DNA from: Candidatus Faecivivens stercoravium
GTDB lineage: Bacteria > Bacillota > Clostridia > Oscillospirales > Ruminococcaceae
Length of the DNA stretch: 25,131 nt
NCBI GenBank assembly: GCA_018712425.1
Contig: DVHA01000161.1
Span: forward strand, 1-25,131
Direction: 5' to 3'
Part shown: positions 22,143 to 25,131 of the stretch, piece after piece
How positions within the stretch are numbered: position 1 is the first letter of the stretch
Layout: every line of letters starts with the position of its first letter
Notes under the pieces: model-generated
The model's input: the letters and a program-made list of their open reading frames with translations, nothing else
The model's database searches: none
Told to the model about the DNA's origin: nothing
Translations under genes and position numbers: made by a program

Positions 22143-23459
22143 TCAGGCGTGAACCCGGACGGCTGTCCGCCCGACGTCCTGCCGCTTCCAGAGGACGGCG
22201 CAGAGGACGAGCACCGCCACCTCGGTGATCGGGAAGGTGAGCCAGACAAAGGTCAGGCCGAAAAAGTGCAGCGCCCAGGCCACCGGCACCAGCAGGAAGA
22301 CCTGCCGGACGAGGGTTAAAAGCATACTCTGCGCGCCCTTGCCGACCCCCTGGAAGTAGACGGTCAGCATCATCCCGATGCCCGCCGGGACAAAGCTCGT
22401 CCCGATAATCCGCAGGGCGGTGACGCCGGCCGCCAGCACCCCTTCGCTCTGGGAGAAGATCCGCAGGAGGGCTTCCGGCGCCGCGAGGAAGACGGCTGTC
22501 CCGGCGCCCGCCACCGCCGCCGAGATGCCGACGGCCCACTTGACCGTCTCCCGCACCCGGCTTTCCAGCCCCGCCCCGTGGTTAAAGGAGATAACCGGCA
22601 GGATCACCTGCTGGAGGCCCATCAGCGGGATGAAGAAAAAGGCCTGGAGCTTGTAGTAGATGCCCAGCACCGTCACCGCGTCCTCGGTGAAGCCGGCGAG
22701 GATGAGGTTCAGGCCGATGATGTAGAGGGTGTAAAGCGACTGCATGAAGATGGAGGGGAGGCCGCAGCGGTAGATGCGCCCGATCGCCCGGAGGGAGGCT
22801 TTCCCGCTCCGCTTATGCCCCCGCAGCACCGCCGTAAGGGTGACCGCCATCGCCGCCCACTGCCCGGCCACCGTCGCGATCGCCGCCCCGGCGACCCCCA
22901 TCTCGGGGCAGCCGAAGAGGCCGAAGATCAGGACCGGGTCGAGGACGATGTTGAGAAGCGCCCCCAAAACCTGCGCCGCCATCGGCAGGAGGGTGTTCCC
23001 CCGGGCCTGCAAAATCTTCGAGCAGTTGGACTCGATGAAGCAGCCGGCCGAGAAGAGGATGACGATGCCCCCGTAGGATACCCCCATCTCCCGCACCAGC
23101 GGGTTGTCCGACGACACCGCGAAGTAGGGCCGCAGCACCAGCATCCCGGCGGCAGCAAAGAGGATGTAGTTGAGGACGCCGGTCAAGAGGCCGTTGCGGA
23201 TAAAAACCCCGGCCTCTTTCCCCTCCCCGTCCAGCCGGGAGACGAGGATCCCGATCCCGGCCCCCGTCCCGGTCGCCACCGAGGTGATCAGCAGCTGGAG
23301 CGGGTAGATGACCGACAGCGCCGTCAGCCCCTCCGCCGCGTACCGGCCGATAAAAAAGCTGTCGACGATGTTGTAGATTGACTGGATTAAAAGCGCCAGC
23401 ATCACCGGCGGCGAGAGCTTTAAAAGCAGTTTCCCCACCGGCATCTTTTCCATTTCCAT
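22143..23459 (-). CDS. MATE family efflux transporter
   Basis: PVMLALLIQSIYNIVDSFFIG, ALSVIYP, LNIVLDPVLIFG...MGVAGAAIAT, about 12 TM segments, two MatE halves. Confidence 0.93.
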   Translation of the reverse strand: MEMEKMPVGKLLLKLSPPVMLALLIQSIYNIVDSFFIGRYAAEGLTALSVIYPLQLLITSVATGTGAGIGILVSRLDGEGKEAGVFIRNGLLTGVLNYILFAAAGMLVLRPYFAVSSDNPLVREMGVSYGGIVILFSAGCFIESNCSKILQARGNTLLPMAAQVLGALLNIVLDPVLIFGLFGCPEMGVAGAAIATVAGQWAAMAVTLTAVLRGHKRSGKASLRAIGRIYRCGLPSIFMQSLYTLYIIGLNLILAGFTEDAVTVLGIYYKLQAFFFIPLMGLQQVILPVISFNHGAGLESRVRETVKWAVGISAAVAGAGTAVFLAAPEALLRIFSQSEGVLAAGVTALRIIGTSFVPAGIGMMLTVYFQGVGKGAQSMLLTLVRQVFLLVPVAWALHFFGLTFVWLTFPITEVAVLVLCAVLWKRQDVGRTAVRVHA

Positions 23460-23493
23460 CTTGCAATCTTCCTTTCTCGTATTACTATGGGAA

Positions 23494-23524
23494 AGTATAA
23501 AGGATGGAGCGGCTCCAATGTCAA
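23494..23524 (-). promoter_or_regulatory. MerR-type promoter of the MATE gene
   Basis: Minus strand reads TTGACA-19 bp-TATACT, with the dyad TGGAG-ccg-CTCCA inside the spacer. Confidence 0.7.
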
Positions 23525-23671
23525 GGGGTTTTGGAAATTTTTTTCAGAGATGACGCTGGATGCCTCCAGGGCTGAGCGGCGGGGGGAGGCCTCCTGATGT
23601 GTCTGGGGATGCGGTTTATACCTGTTTAGAGGCTATTTTTGCTGTTATTTTGGGCAATCTGTCTGTATATA

Positions 23672-23700
23672 TTGCCTTTTTGCCTAAAATATGCTATGCT
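23672..23700 (+). promoter_or_regulatory. SigA promoter of the lipoprotein array
   Basis: TTGCCT-17-TATGCT with a TG extension. Confidence 0.5.
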
Positions 23701-23739
23701 GTTTATGAAAGATGCAGCATCTTGAAAGGGGCGATGGGG

Positions 23740-24843
23740 ATGAAACGGATGTTTGCTGGTTTGGCGGCGGTTTTGCTTCTGTTGGGGGGATGTTCGGGCG
23801 GGAACCCTGATGTACAGGTCTATTATACGCCGGAATCCCAATCTTTTGAAAGCGAGTTTTATCCGGCGGCGGTTCCGGCGGAAGGGGGCGTCCTCCTGCG
23901 GACGCTGGACCGGGTGGAATATAACGATGAGGGTACCCATCCCAACAATCTCTACCTCTGGCGGAGGGATTCGGTGGCCAAATACGAGCCGGACGAGCGG
24001 CTGGCCGGTTTAATCGAATTGGACGGGGGCTATTATTACTGGCAGGACTGGCAGGATAGCGGCGTCTACCGGTATACGCCGGAAACCGGGGCGTCGGAGC
24101 CGCTCTTCCCGCTGGAAGAGGGGGAGAAGGTCCAGTGCTTCTGGGGGCATGACGGGATGCTCTACGCCGTCACGGGTTATACCTTTTCGGGGTACGATTT
24201 TTATCGGTACGATTTGGAAACCGGGGAACTGTACCGGGAGGACTGGCTTTCGGATACCGGTTCTTTTGTGGTTCCATATGCTGCCGTCGGGGATGAACTG
24301 CTCCTCCGGTCGGCGGAAGGGTGTTTCTGGCTGGACATGCGGGACGGCAGCCGCCGGGACTGCGGGTTTAAGGCCCAGGTATGCGGATACCGGGACGGCG
24401 CGGTCGCCCTTTATCAGCCGGGGTGGGAGGAAATCATCCTGCACGACGTGGAAACTTGCGAGGAAACCGCCCTGCCGGTACCGGAAGAAATCCTCTCGAA
24501 TGAAGAACCGGAGGACTGCACCCTGCTGGGGGTCGGGGAGGAGGCGGCCTACTGGCTGGTGGACCACATCCTCTACGTCCAGTCCGGGGAAGGGACGGAG
24601 CCGGTCTTCGCCTGGTACGGCCCCCGCTCCCCCGCGGCCTGGAAGTCCTGCCAGGTAACCGGCGGGAACTGCTATTTCGCCTTTGTGGGACGGCCGGCGG
24701 AGGGGTACGAAGTAACCGACCTCGCGCCCTACGACCCGGAACAGGAGGCGGGCAAGCTGATGCAGTTCGCGGCGGTGACGCCGGAGGGGGAGGTGTATCT
24801 CCTTGCGAAGGAGTACTATGACGCGATTTGGGATGTGGGATAA
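23740..24843 (+). CDS. Lipoprotein, possibly a beta-propeller
   Basis: MKRMFAGLAAVLLLLGGC lipobox and repeated short aromatic strands (GVYRYTPETG, FYRYDLETG, FWLDMRDG). The extension to 23560 is unsupported. Confidence 0.75.
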   Translation: MKRMFAGLAAVLLLLGGCSGGNPDVQVYYTPESQSFESEFYPAAVPAEGGVLLRTLDRVEYNDEGTHPNNLYLWRRDSVAKYEPDERLAGLIELDGGYYYWQDWQDSGVYRYTPETGASEPLFPLEEGEKVQCFWGHDGMLYAVTGYTFSGYDFYRYDLETGELYREDWLSDTGSFVVPYAAVGDELLLRSAEGCFWLDMRDGSRRDCGFKAQVCGYRDGAVALYQPGWEEIILHDVETCEETALPVPEEILSNEEPEDCTLLGVGEEAAYWLVDHILYVQSGEGTEPVFAWYGPRSPAAWKSCQVTGGNCYFAFVGRPAEGYEVTDLAPYDPEQEAGKLMQFAAVTPEGEVYLLAKEYYDAIWDVG

Positions 24844-24849
24844 GGGGGA

Positions 24850-25068
24850 ATGAAGATGAAACGGATGCTGGTTCTGGCGGCGGCTTTGCTGCTCCTTTTG
24901 ACCGGGTGCGCGGCTTCCGGCGGGGAACCGGAGCCCTTCACCCTCTTCTACACCGCCCCCTTCTACGCGGACGATGACACGATCCCCTTCTATCCAGTTG
25001 CCACCCCCGCTGTCGGCGGCGGCACCCTCCTGCGCACCGATGCGGGGGACCGGGATGGGGCGGCGTAG
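24850..25068 (+). pseudogene. Truncated paralog (72 aa) of the upstream lipoprotein
   Basis: LTGC lipobox. FYT...FYPVATPAVGGGTLLRT aligns with YYT...FYPAAVPAEGGVLLRT of 23740-24843, then a stop follows shortly. Confidence 0.6.
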
Positions 25069-25083
25069 GCGCGGAAAGGAGAG

Positions 25084-25131
25084 ATGAAGATGAAACGGAC
25101 GGTTTACGGGCATCTGATTGGGGGGCTCTGC
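25084..25131 (+). CDS. 5' end of another probable exported protein or lipoprotein (runs off the window)
   Basis: AAAGGAGAG RBS, then MKMKRTVYGHLIGGLC. The first 16 nt are identical to the start of 24850. Confidence 0.55.
   Translation, partial: MKMKRTVYGHLIGGLC

Overview
About 25 kb of GC-rich chromosome from an anaerobic Firmicute (Clostridia-type promoters, RBSs and gene families). Genes in order: end of a Crp/Fnr regulator, thioredoxin, rubrerythrin, a metallophosphoesterase, two paralogous lipoproteins, a GH3 enzyme of the Nag3/BglP beta-glycoside phosphorylase type, a small membrane ORF, beta-phosphoglucomutase, a nucleoside hydrolase, a CBS/DRTGG pyrophosphatase, an OmpR-type two-component system, a GNAT, an FtsX/LolD-type ABC exporter, a PNPOx-like protein, an exported DUF3298-like protein, an EF-G/Tet-like GTPase fused to a YacP/Rae1-type NYN ribonuclease domain, a MATE pump and the start of a lipoprotein array. 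There is no transposase, CRISPR, rRNA or tRNA. The main observations are: (1) a probable co-regulated GH3 phosphorylase plus beta-PGM route for beta-glycosides, with a shared 25-nt motif downstream of both promoters; (2) the translational GTPase-NYN fusion; (3) three short non-coding elements with common ends placed against terminator hairpins, two of them flanked by a complete duplication of the hairpin, plus an unrelated TA-duplicating MITE inserted in a hairpin loop; (4) MerR-geometry and Crp/Fnr class II-geometry promoters. All protein calls come from motif recognition, without database searches.
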